The translations under genes and the position numbers were made by a program. Of a DNA stretch of 64,000 nucleotides, positions 47,540 to 58,226 are shown in pieces. Positions within the stretch are counted from its first letter, which is position 1. Each line of letters begins with the position of its first letter. The stretch is from an uncultured Actinomycetes bacterium. GTDB lineage: Bacteria; Actinomycetota; Acidimicrobiia; IMCC26256; DASPTH01. The stretch covers positions 722,613-786,612 of the forward strand of contig CAVZKC010000004.1 of assembly GCA_963775795.1 (NCBI GenBank). Direction: 5' to 3'. Below the pieces are notes generated by a model that was not told the origin of the DNA, made no database searches, and was given only the letters and a program-made list of their open reading frames with translations.

Positions 47540-47573
47540 CTAGAGCTCCCGTATTGTCCTGGATTCGCCGGAT

Positions 47574-47649
47574 TGGTAGCGGTGGCGGGACTCGAACCCG
47601 CGACGCCGCGATTATGAGCCGCGTGCTCTGCCATCTGAGCTACACCGCC
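47574..47649 (-). tRNA. tRNA-Met (anticodon CAT, elongator type)
   Basis: The reverse complement is GGCGGTGTAGCTCAGATGGCAGAGCACGCGGCTCATAATCGCGGCGTCGCGGGTTCGAGTCCCGCCACCGCTACCA. It is the only one of the four tRNAs with an encoded 3' CCA. The anticodon stem lacks the three G-C pairs of initiator tRNAs. Confidence 0.92.
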
Positions 47650-47711
47650 TTGATGATTCCTCGCTCACTGCGGGTCCGGGATACCCGGCCCCGCAGCCGT
47701 TCGCTCGCGCG

Positions 47712-47784
47712 AGCCCCCTTACGGACTTGAACCGTAGACCCCTTCCTTACCATGGAAGTGCTCTGCCAACTGAGCTAAGGGGGC
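47712..47784 (-). tRNA. tRNA-Thr (anticodon GGT)
   Basis: The reverse complement is GCCCCCTTAGCTCAGTTGGCAGAGCACTTCCATGGTAAGGAAGGGGTCTACGGTTCAAGTCCGTAAGGGGGCT. It folds as a clean cloverleaf. Confidence 0.95.
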
Positions 47785-47840
47785 AGTGGCTGGAGAACGG
47801 CAAAGGATAGCAACGCGCGGCCCCGCGCTACGTTGCCGAG

Positions 47841-48362
47841 GTGGCCGAGCCCGTCGACATCCGTCTCGCCGAACGCCGGGATGCGGCGGGGATCCGCGCC
47901 ATCTACAACCACTACGTCACCACGTCGACGGTGATCTTCGACCTCGTTCCCCGAACGCTCGACGAGCAGATCCAATGGATCGACGACCACGCCGGCGGCC
48001 ATCCCGCCCTGGTGGCGGTGGAGCCGGCGGATGCCGGACGGGAGGAGCGTGTGGTCGGGTTCGGCTCGCTCTCACCCTTTCGGGAGCGTCCCGCCTACGC
48101 GACGACGGTCGAAGACTCCGTTTACCTCGCCGACGGGAGCACCGGCACCGGGATCGGACGGCGCGTCCTCGTGGAGCTGACCCGCCGCGCCGAGGCGCAC
48201 GGATTCCACTCGATGATTTCCCGCATCGTCGGCGACAACGACGCGTCGATCCGCCTGCACGCGTCCTGCGGCTTCGTGATCGTCGGCACCGAGCGGGAGG
48301 TGGGCCGCAAGTTCGGTCGTTGGCTCGACGTCGTGGAGATGCAGCGCATGCTCTCCACGTGA
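47841..48362 (+). CDS. GNAT-family N-acetyltransferase (phosphinothricin / methionine-sulfoximine acetyltransferase-like)
   Basis: Track ORF of 173 aa with a GTG start. IYNHYVTTSTVIFDLVPRTLDEQIQWI and the acetyl-CoA loop GTGIGRRVLVEL...ASIRLHASCGF are present. Confidence 0.85.
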   Translation: MAEPVDIRLAERRDAAGIRAIYNHYVTTSTVIFDLVPRTLDEQIQWIDDHAGGHPALVAVEPADAGREERVVGFGSLSPFRERPAYATTVEDSVYLADGSTGTGIGRRVLVELTRRAEAHGFHSMISRIVGDNDASIRLHASCGFVIVGTEREVGRKFGRWLDVVEMQRMLST

Positions 48363-48370
48363 CGCTCGAG

Positions 48371-48451
48371 TGGGCCGGGTTGGATTCGAACCAACGTAGC
48401 TTGCGCAGCAGTTTTACAGACTGCCCCCTTTGGCCACTCGGGTACCGACCC
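48371..48451 (-). tRNA. tRNA-Tyr (anticodon GTA, long variable arm)
   Basis: The reverse complement is GGGTCGGTACCCGAGTGGCCAAAGGGGGCAGTCTGTAAAACTGCTGCGCAAGCTACGTTGGTTCGAATCCAACCCGGCCCA. It is 81 nt long with a class II variable arm. Confidence 0.93.
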
Positions 48452-48513
48452 TCGGGGGCGCGTACAGTACCAGCCCGTCCCGGGAGCTCCGGGGGTCGCA
48501 GGGAGCGCACGCC

Positions 48514-49002
48514 ATGCCCACGTTCGACGTCGTCTCCGAGCTCGACCTGCAAGAGGTTCGCAACGCGGTCGACCAGGCCCAGCGCGAGGTCACGACCCGC
48601 TACGACTTCAAGAACACCGGCACCAGCGTGGAGCTCGGCGAGAAGAGCATCGAGCTCAACACCGAGTCAGAGTCGAGGCTCCAGGCCCTGACCCAGGTAC
48701 TCGAGGAGAAGCTCGTCCGCCGCAAGGTGTCGCTCAAGGCCCTCGCCTACGGGAAGGTCGAAGAGGCTTCGAAGGGGGCGGTGCGCCAGCAGATCGCGCT
48801 CAACGAGGGCATCAGCGCCGACAAGGCGAAGGAGATCGGCAGGTTCCTCAAGGATCTCGACCTGAAGGGCGTGTCACACCAGGTGCAGGGCGATCAGCTC
48901 CGGGTCAACGGCAAGAAGAAGGACGACCTCCAGGCGGCGATCACCGCGATGCGCGAGCACGACTTCGGGATCCCGCTGCAGTTCACGAACTTCCGTGACT
49001 AG
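48514..49002 (+). CDS. yajQ: YajQ-family (UPF0234) nucleotide-binding protein
   Basis: ATG 48514 (GGGAG upstream) lies inside track ORF 48430..49002. MPTFDVVSELDLQEVRNAVDQAQREVTTRYDFKNT is present. Confidence 0.9.
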   Translation: MPTFDVVSELDLQEVRNAVDQAQREVTTRYDFKNTGTSVELGEKSIELNTESESRLQALTQVLEEKLVRRKVSLKALAYGKVEEASKGAVRQQIALNEGISADKAKEIGRFLKDLDLKGVSHQVQGDQLRVNGKKKDDLQAAITAMREHDFGIPLQFTNFRD

Positions 49003-50380
49003 CGAGTGACGCCGAGGTCGCAGTCGGGCGCCAGCTCCGCGAGCCGGGCGTCCGCGGCGTCGGTCGCGTCCTGATCGTCGACGTCTGCCTGGTACCACGC
49101 GTCGATCACGGGTTCCGCCGCCGCCCGCGAGGCGAGGCACCGGGCACCGAGCGCGGGGGCGCCCTGGGCCATGAGGTACAACTCGAGGTCGTCGCGCCGG
49201 AACAGGAGCGTCACCGCATCGTCGAGCATGTCGTAGGACGGGACCGTCGCGCTCGGCGGCTCGCAGGCGGTGAACGTCACGAGCCGGCCCGTGGCGGACG
49301 CTTCGGACGCATCGCCGGGGAGCGCGTCTGTCCACGCGCCGAGCGCGTCGGCCAGACGGCCAGCGTCGTGGCGGGAGTCGTTGCGCACCGCTACCCGCAC
49401 GCAGTCCGTGTCGTCGCGGGTGAAGCCCACGTAGCGGTCGCCGCTCCACCCGTCGACCGCCTCGAGCGCATCGGTCGCGTCGATGCGCGAGGCCAAGACC
49501 AGGTAGAGGCTGAAGGCCCCGAAGTCGCCGGGGCGCCCGCGCCGCTGCTCGCCGTCGTCGAGCCGGGGGACGCGACGTGGCGGGGCCGCTCCCGGCGCTG
49601 GAACGCGACCGGGTCGACCGCCTGCTCCTCGGTGACGGGCGGATCGCGGTAGACGTCGTCGAGCGCGTCCTTCCCGTCCTGCTGTTCGGCCGCCGCGACG
49701 AGGAGTGGCCCGAACACGTAGGGCGCGGAGCTCACGACCTCCAGGATGGCGGGGCTCGCGGGATCGTCGCCCGCCTCGGCGGCCGCGGCCGGCGTCACGC
49801 CTTCGTCGAACGACGCGTAGTAGTCGTCCTGCTCCTTCCGGGAGAGCGTCGCCACGTACGCGTCCTCCACCGCGACCGCGTCGCCCTCGACGAGGGCGTC
49901 GAGCGCGAACACCTCCCCGCTGGTGTGCGCCCGAACGTCGAGCGCGTCGAGGTCGAAGTGCTGGTCCTGGAGCGCGTGCGTGAGCTCGTGCGCGACGGTG
50001 ACGCGGGTCTCGACGTCGTCGAGGTCGGTACCCCTGACGACCATGCGTTCACGTTCGGTGTCGTAGAAACCCACCACCGAGGCGTCGTCGACCGAGTTCT
50101 GCGCGGCGAGCAGGTCGACGTCGCCCGCGACGAGCCCGAGCGACCGGAGATCTGCCGCGAAGGCGTCCGCCTGGCGGCGGTCCCGGGCCGTGATCTTCTC
50201 GTCCGCACGGAGGGCTTTCAGGAACTGGTCGTCGGGAAGGAACTTCACCGGCACCGGGTGCTCGAAGTCGAGACCGCGCTCGCGTTCGACGAAGCGCGCG
50301 AGCTTGCTGACCCGCGGGTCCCAAGAATCGGGAGGAGAGGCTGCCACGGCCGGAACGGCAGTGACCGCCAGCACGACCAC
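48999..50380 (-). pseudogene. secreted zinc metalloprotease-like protein (HExxH), frame-disrupted as assembled
   Basis: Frame 1 (track ORF 49391..50380) has the signal-like VVVLAVTAVPAVAASPPD and the HExxH motif VAHELTHALQD. Frame 2 (ORF 48999..49496 and upstream) reads VPRLDDGEQRRGRPGDFGAFSLYLVLASRIDATDALEAVDGWSGDRYVGF. The junction is at about 49560-49600, which holds C4 and C5 runs. The true start may be the CTG at 50416. Confidence 0.65.
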
Positions 50381-50412
50381 GACGGTCGCGGCGGCCAGCC
50401 GTACGGCGTTGG

Positions 50413-51270
50413 TCAGTACTGGCCCGAACGCAGGCGCCGCACGCGGTCGGCGGTCGGTGGGTGGGTGCTGAACAGGTTCGCGAAGTTGACCTTGCGCCCG
50501 GTCAACGGGTTCACGATGTACGCCGTCGCCTGCGCCGGGTTCACGTCCATCGGGACCTGCTTGGCGTAGGCCTCGATCTTCTCGAGCGCGCGGGCGAGGG
50601 ACTCACCGTCCTGCAGGAGGTGCGCGCCGCTCGCGTCGGCCTGGTACTCGCGCGAGCGCGAGAGGGCCATCTGGAGGAGGCCCGCGGCGATCGGCGCCAG
50701 GATCGCCATCGCCAGCACGCTGAACACGTTGCCGCCGTCGTTGTCCCGTCCACCGCCACCGAACATGGCACCCCACATCGCCATGCGGGCGACGAACGTG
50801 ATGCCCATCGCGACCGCCGCCGCGACCGAGCCGATGAGGATGTCGCGGTTGCGGACGTGGGACAGCTCGTGGGCGAGCACGCCGCGGAGCTCGTCGTCGT
50901 CGAGGACCTGCAGGATGCCCTTCGTCACGCACACCGCGGCATGGTCGGGGCTACGGCCGGTCGCGAAGGCGTTGGGCTGCATCTCGGGCGACACGAAGAT
51001 CTTCGGCATGGGCATGTCGGCCCGGCGCGTCAGGTCTTCGACGATCGCGTAGACCTGGGGCAGCTCGTCACGGGTTGCGGGCACGGCTCGGGCCGCCTTG
51101 ATGGCGAGCTTGTCGCTGAACCAGTACGAGCCCCCGACGAAGAGGAGGCCCAGGATCAGCCCGATCAGGAGGCCGGTCTGGCCACCGACGATGACGCCCA
51201 CACCCATGAACAAGGCGCCCAGGAAGGCCAGGAGGATCGCGGTCTTGAATGCGTTGCGCATCGTTCTCAC
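50413..51270 (-). CDS. htpX: M48-family zinc protease HtpX
   Basis: Track ORF of 285 aa with PNAFATGRSPDHAAVCVT, the HExxH motif VLAHELSHVRNRD, and REYQADASGA. Confidence 0.93.
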   Translation of the reverse strand: MRTMRNAFKTAILLAFLGALFMGVGVIVGGQTGLLIGLILGLLFVGGSYWFSDKLAIKAARAVPATRDELPQVYAIVEDLTRRADMPMPKIFVSPEMQPNAFATGRSPDHAAVCVTKGILQVLDDDELRGVLAHELSHVRNRDILIGSVAAAVAMGITFVARMAMWGAMFGGGGRDNDGGNVFSVLAMAILAPIAAGLLQMALSRSREYQADASGAHLLQDGESLARALEKIEAYAKQVPMDVNPAQATAYIVNPLTGRKVNFANLFSTHPPTADRVRRLRSGQY

Positions 51271-51370
51271 CTCGTGGGCCCGGTCGGGCCCGCTGCCCCT
51301 GTAACGCTAGATCGTGGCCACGCGTTCCCTGCAGCGGAGCCGCGTCAGCCGACACGCTGGTCGGCCGGGA

Positions 51371-51724
51371 TCACCGGCACAATCCGAGTTCATCCTCGCC
51401 TGGATCGTCGCCTTGCTCCCCACGTACCTCGTGGCGAGGCCGGTTGCGCCGCGGGTAGCCGACAAGTAGCAGTCCGCACGCCAGCACGACGTCCATGACG
51501 CCGACTGCTGTACGCAGGGTCGACGGCTCCGTGAAGATGTTCCCCACACCGCTCACGAACAGGAACGAGGCCAGCAGCCACAGTGAGAGGAGGCTCCGAC
51601 GGATGACGAGCTCTCCGAGGCCGACGGCCGTTGCGATCGGGAACACGAGGAGTGGAACGACTCGGGGTGTGCTGTCTTGTTCCAGATAGGCCGCGACACT
51701 CCCGACGCAGAAGGCGGCAACCAT
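51371..51724 (-). CDS. small hypothetical membrane protein (about 4 TM)
   Basis: Track ORF 51371..51760. The start is ATG 51724 or the upstream start at 51760. The sequence is hydrophobic and I recognise no family. It sits between the HAD gene and htpX on the same strand. Confidence 0.4.
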   Translation of the reverse strand: MVAAFCVGSVAAYLEQDSTPRVVPLLVFPIATAVGLGELVIRRSLLSLWLLASFLFVSGVGNIFTEPSTLRTAVGVMDVVLACGLLLVGYPRRNRPRHEVRGEQGDDPGEDELGLCR

Positions 51725-51769
51725 TAGGCGTACAGCGACAGGAGGCGGCGCAGACCGCAAACGCGGGCG

Positions 51770-52257
51770 TCACTCGTAGTAGCCAGAGTGGATGTAGAGG
51801 CTGGGGACGCCGGCGGTTCGGAACATGTCGACGTTGCGCTGGTCGTCCTCGATCGCGAGGCGGAGCTCGAAGCCTTCGGCGAGGAGCTCATCCATCGACG
51901 CCCGCTTGAACTCCCGGGACATCCCGTACTCACCGAACGGCCGCATGACGAGCAGGTCCCAGCGGATCTCGTAGCGCCGGAGCCAGGCCTCGGTGAGCTC
52001 GTGGACGGAGAACGGGCGGGCGGTCAGCAGGACGACGCGCAGTCCCTGATCGAGGAGGTCGAGCAGCACCTTCATCTCGTCGATGACCGGATCATCGCCG
52101 CACGCCGCGAAGAATCCCCGCCAGTCGCGCCGCGGCTCCTCGAGATAGTGCTGACGCCCGGCGGCGTCGGACAGCACGCCGTCGATGTCCACGATGACGG
52201 TCGGGCCCGGCTCGACGGGGCCGTTCCGCCACGTCCAGTGGTCGGGGCCGGCCGCCG

Positions 52258-52261
<4 letters not shown>
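51770..52261 (-). CDS. HAD-superfamily phosphatase (small, capless type)
   Basis: Last 163 codons of track ORF 51770..53587. ATG 52261 overlaps the acs stop (ATGA). HAD motif I is [11 protein letters not shown]. Motif II is VVLLTARP. An acidic motif [10 protein letters not shown] is also present. Confidence 0.7.
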
Positions 52262-54216
<1,955 letters not shown>

Positions 54217-54378
54217 AGCGATTGCACCCCCACGCGTACGGACCGGGTGAGACGAGACGCTATACCCGGCCCCTGAGGCCTTGATCCGCTGGGGGCTCAG
54301 CCCGCCGAAACCGACTGAACTCGTGAGTTGCGGCCAGAAGCGCGGATAACTGTCATACCGGCATGAGATGCTCGATCG

Positions 54379-55533
54379 GTGAGCACGTGTCTTGCCACCG
54401 AGTTCGACTACCGGGACCGGGTCGACGAGCTGCGCTGCTGCGAGACCTCGTGGTTGGCGGCCCGGCGCGCCGAGTTGATCCGGGAGCAGCGGCGGCTGCG
54501 GGTGGAGGAGCTCGCGGTCACCCGGGTGCTCGACGAGCGCGGCGCGCTCAACGACTCGACCGCCGGCGCGGACGGCGTCTCGCAGCGGACGGTCCGGGAG
54601 ACGGTGGAGACCGCCCGCGCGCTGGAGTCGCTCCCCCGCGTGGCGGCCGCCGCGCACGAGGGCGCGTTGAGCGGCGAGCAGCTCGGCGCGGTCGCCCAGC
54701 TCGCCGATGACACGACCGACGCCGAATGGGCGCGCCGGGCGCCGCAGGTCGCGCCGGCAGACCTTGCCCGGCTGGCCAGGACCCGACGCGAGCCCACGCT
54801 GGAGGAGTCACGGGCTCGGTATGCCGCGCGGAGCCTGCGGATGTGGTGGTCGCCCGAGCGCGGGATGCTGAACCTGCGGGGCGAGCTCCCCGACCTCGCG
54901 GGCGCGAAGTTCGAGGCCACGATCACCCGGATGATCGAGCGGATGCGCCCGCCCAAGGGCGAAGCGTGGGACACCCGGGAACGCCGTGGCGCGGACGTGC
55001 TCGTCGCGCTCTGCGACCTCGAAGGCGTGGTCGAGCCGGCGATCGCGGCGACGAAGCCGCTGCTCGTGGTCGAGGTGCCCCTCCGCGGCCCGGCCGAGAT
55101 CGCCGGCATTCCCCTCCCGGAGGCCATGGTCGAGCAGCTGCGCGCCAGCGCGAGCATCGAGACCACGGTCGTCGACGATCACGGCGTCCCGCGCGTGATC
55201 GGCTCGCGTACCTCCGCACTCTCGCCCAAGCTGGCCCGCGCGATCCTGCTGCGCGACGGCCACTGCCGGGTTCCCGGCTGCGAGGTCCGCCACGGCCTCG
55301 AGATCCACCACCTCGTTCCTCGTTCGTGGGGTGGGAGCGACGACCAGTCGGGGCTCGCCGCGGTGTGCACCACCGCCGGGCACCACCAGATGCTCGTGCC
55401 GCACGGGCCGTGGGCACTGGTCGGCAATCCGAACCGGCCCGACGGCATACGACTGGTCCGCTATCAAGAGCTCACCGCCGAACAAGCCCGCGGCTACGGC
55501 CTGCCGCCGCCACCGGGGCGACGACGACGATGA
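54379..55533 (+). CDS. HNH endonuclease with an N-terminal DUF222-type domain (13E12-repeat-like selfish gene family of actinobacteria)
   Basis: Track ORF of 384 aa with a GTG start. The HNH core is [48 protein letters not shown]. The N-terminal helical region is [28 protein letters not shown]. Confidence 0.85.
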   Translation: MSTCLATEFDYRDRVDELRCCETSWLAARRAELIREQRRLRVEELAVTRVLDERGALNDSTAGADGVSQRTVRETVETARALESLPRVAAAAHEGALSGEQLGAVAQLADDTTDAEWARRAPQVAPADLARLARTRREPTLEESRARYAARSLRMWWSPERGMLNLRGELPDLAGAKFEATITRMIERMRPPKGEAWDTRERRGADVLVALCDLEGVVEPAIAATKPLLVVEVPLRGPAEIAGIPLPEAMVEQLRASASIETTVVDDHGVPRVIGSRTSALSPKLARAILLRDGHCRVPGCEVRHGLEIHHLVPRSWGGSDDQSGLAAVCTTAGHHQMLVPHGPWALVGNPNRPDGIRLVRYQELTAEQARGYGLPPPPGRRRR

Positions 55534-55540
55534 CCGACCG

Positions 55541-56737
55541 TCACGTACTCGCGCGGGTGCCGACCGAGAACACGAGCACCCGGTGCGCGCCGAGGCCGGC
55601 CGGGTCGAGGAGAGCCGCGGCCTCGCTGACACGGCTGCGATGCCGGAGCGCCTCCAGGTCGCCGACGTGCGCACGCTCGTCCCAGGCCGCGCGGGCCTCG
55701 TCGACGAGGTCGTCGATGCCGAGGCCGCGCAGCCAGTCCGCTTGCGATGCATTCGACTGGAGGGTCATGCCGGCGGTCGAAGCCGCGTGCACGAGGAACT
55801 CGACCGGCAGGTCGATCGTGATGTCCTGGCCACCAGGGTCGTCGAGCGGCGAGCCGCCCCGGTGGTGGCCCCGGTAGGTGCGGAGCCACCCGCTCACGCC
55901 CCGCTGCAGCAGTTCGGCGGCCGGAGCCGCGTAGTCGAGCACGATCAGCGCGCCGTCGCGCAGGATCTCGCCGCACTCCTGGAACCAGTCGCGCGCGGCC
56001 AGGGGAACTGGGAGGCGCGCGCCGACCGGCACCGCTTCCGCCCCCGCCGCCCCCGCCGCCAGGGCCGCCGCCACCTCGAGCTCGGGGGCGGCGGGCACCG
56101 TGACCTCCGAGAAGCCGCCGTCCTCCGACGCGACCCGCACCTCGGCCCAACCGTCCACCGTGCGCTCGACCACGCGGAACGGCAAGTTGTCGAGCAGCTC
56201 GTTGGCGAGCACGACTCCTGTGCACGCCACCGCCGGCAAGTCCGCGAGCGAGGTCGCGATCGGCCCGACACCGGTGGCGGGCGCCCGTCGCAGCTCGTCC
56301 CCCGGATCGTCGTCGGGATCGTGTGTCACCGGCCCCAGCGCGTCCTCGCCCGGCTCGAGCACGAGGAGCTCCCGCTGGGCTTCGCGGAGCTCGGCCGACC
56401 GTTCGACCAGTACGTAGCGCAGCGCGGGCGCGCACTCGGGACCCGCGGCGAGGAAATCGGCGGCCAGGCGGCCCCGGCCCGCGCCGGCCTCGACCACGAC
56501 GAACGGATCAGGTCGTTCGAGATCGCTCCAGACCCGATCGACCGCGCGGGCAACCAGTGCCCCGAACAGCGGACCGACCTCGGGGCTCGTGACGAAGTCG
56601 CGGCCCGCGCGTCCGGCGCCGTGCCCGCGCTCGAAGAAGCCGCCCGGTCCGTAGAGCGCGGTGTCGACGAAGGCGTCGAACGGGATCGCGCCCTCCCGCC
56701 GGATGCGCTCCACCAACAAGTCGGCGAGCGCGGTCAT
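55541..56737 (-). CDS. SAM-dependent methyltransferase, MidA / NDUFAF7 (DUF185, COG1565) family
   Basis: Track ORF of 398 aa with YGPGGFFERG, RDFVTSPEVGPLFGALVA and the SAM motif I VVVEAGAGRGRLAADFL. It is on the same strand as nuoN, 27 nt after its stop. Confidence 0.8.
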   Translation of the reverse strand: MTALADLLVERIRREGAIPFDAFVDTALYGPGGFFERGHGAGRAGRDFVTSPEVGPLFGALVARAVDRVWSDLERPDPFVVVEAGAGRGRLAADFLAAGPECAPALRYVLVERSAELREAQRELLVLEPGEDALGPVTHDPDDDPGDELRRAPATGVGPIATSLADLPAVACTGVVLANELLDNLPFRVVERTVDGWAEVRVASEDGGFSEVTVPAAPELEVAAALAAGAAGAEAVPVGARLPVPLAARDWFQECGEILRDGALIVLDYAAPAAELLQRGVSGWLRTYRGHHRGGSPLDDPGGQDITIDLPVEFLVHAASTAGMTLQSNASQADWLRGLGIDDLVDEARAAWDERAHVGDLEALRHRSRVSEAAALLDPAGLGAHRVLVFSVGTRAST

Positions 56738-56764
56738 CGTCCCGATCCAAACCGGACGGGTCGG

Positions 56765-58226
56765 CTACGCGGGGAACGCGAGCTCGCCGATGCGGGCGAA
56801 CACCTGCGGATAGACGCCGACCACGACCACCACCGCGGCGGTCAGGCCGAGCGCCACCGTGAGGGCTGCCGGCACGCGCACCGGGCCGGACTCGGCCGCC
56901 GGCTCGTGGAACCACATCTTGCGCGCCACCGCCGCGTAGTAGAAGAACGCGATGACCGAATTCACGGCCGCGACGACCCCGAGCACGACCGCCGGCGCGG
57001 TGTGCGCGTCGAACACCGCGCGGAACATCACGAACTTTGCGAACCAGCCGGCGAAGGGCGGTACTCCCGCGAGCGAGAACATGAAGATCGACATGAGCAC
57101 GGCCAACCCGGGCGCGGTCTGTGCCCAGGCCGGAGTACGAGTCGATCTCCGCCGAGTGGGTCCGGCGCGCCACCGCCATCACCACCGCGAACGCTCCCAG
57201 GTTCATCGCGCCGTAGATGAGGAGGTAGATGAGCACCGCTTCGAAGGCGGACTGCGCTGCCGACCCGTCACCCGCGACCGCGAGGGGAACGAGGATGAAC
57301 CCGCCCTGGGCGATCGAGGAGTAAGCGAGCATGCGCACGATGTTGGTCTGGCGCAACGCGACGAGGTTCCCGTACGTCATCGACGCGGCCGCCAGCACCC
57401 ACAGCATCGGCTCCCACGAGTCCTGCGACGGGAAGAAGCCCACCTTCACGATGGTGAGCAGCGCGACGAAGCCACCCGCCTTGGAGGCCACCGAGAGGAA
57501 GGCCGCCACCGGGGTCGGCGCACCCTCGTAGGTGTCCGGTGTCCAGAAGTGGAAGGGCACCGCGCTGATCTTGAAGGCGAAGCCGCCGATCGTGAGGAAG
57601 ATGGCCACGGCCAGTAGCGGGCTGGTGCCGACGTCGCGGATGTGCACGTTGATGGCGGTGAGGAGCGTCGAGCCCGCCTCTCCGTACACGAACGACATGC
57701 CGTAGAGCATCACCGCGGTGGACAGCACGCCGATCAGGAAGTACTTGATCGCGGCCTCGTTGGATTTCTCGTCGTGTTTGCGCCAACCGGCGAGCACGAA
57801 CGTCGGCAACGTGATCGTCTCCAGCGCCACGAAGATCGAGATCAGGTCGCGGGCCGACGCCATGACCACCAGCCCGAGCACCGAGGTCAGGAGCAGGAAG
57901 TAGAACTCGCCCTGGTAGTAGTCGCCTTCGCCGATGTAGTCGCTCGACATCAGGAGCGCGACGTAGGCGACCACGAGGAAGAAGCCCTGGAAGGCGAGGG
58001 CGTATTCGTCGACGACGAACCCGCCGTGGAACATCACGCGCGTCGACCCGTCGGCCGCGAGCGTGATCACCGGGATCAGGGCCGCGAGGACGCCGACGGA
58101 CGCGAGGCGCGACGACGCGAAACGCGACCGCTCCGGCCAGACGAGGTCGGCCACGAGCACGACCAGCGCCGCGACGGAGAGGATGATCTCCGGCGCGAAC
58201 GCGTGGAAGTCGATCGATGGAGTCAC
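56765..58226 (-). pseudogene. nuoN: NADH-quinone oxidoreductase subunit N, frame-disrupted as assembled
   Basis: GTG 58226 abuts the nuoM stop. Track ORF 56508..58226 is NuoN-like up to AEIDSYSGLG and then turns into Arg-rich nonsense. The missing C-terminal helices, (QTAPGL)AVLMSIFMFSLAGVPPFAGWFAKFVMF...VYPQVF, are in ORF 56765..57106. The junction is at about 57125-57135. Confidence 0.9.

Noticed and set aside
54379-55533. The DUF222-HNH gene as a bounded mobile element or insertion sequence.
   Set aside because: No transposase, terminal inverted repeats or target-site duplication are recognisable. It is kept as a CDS with a note on the selfish-gene family.
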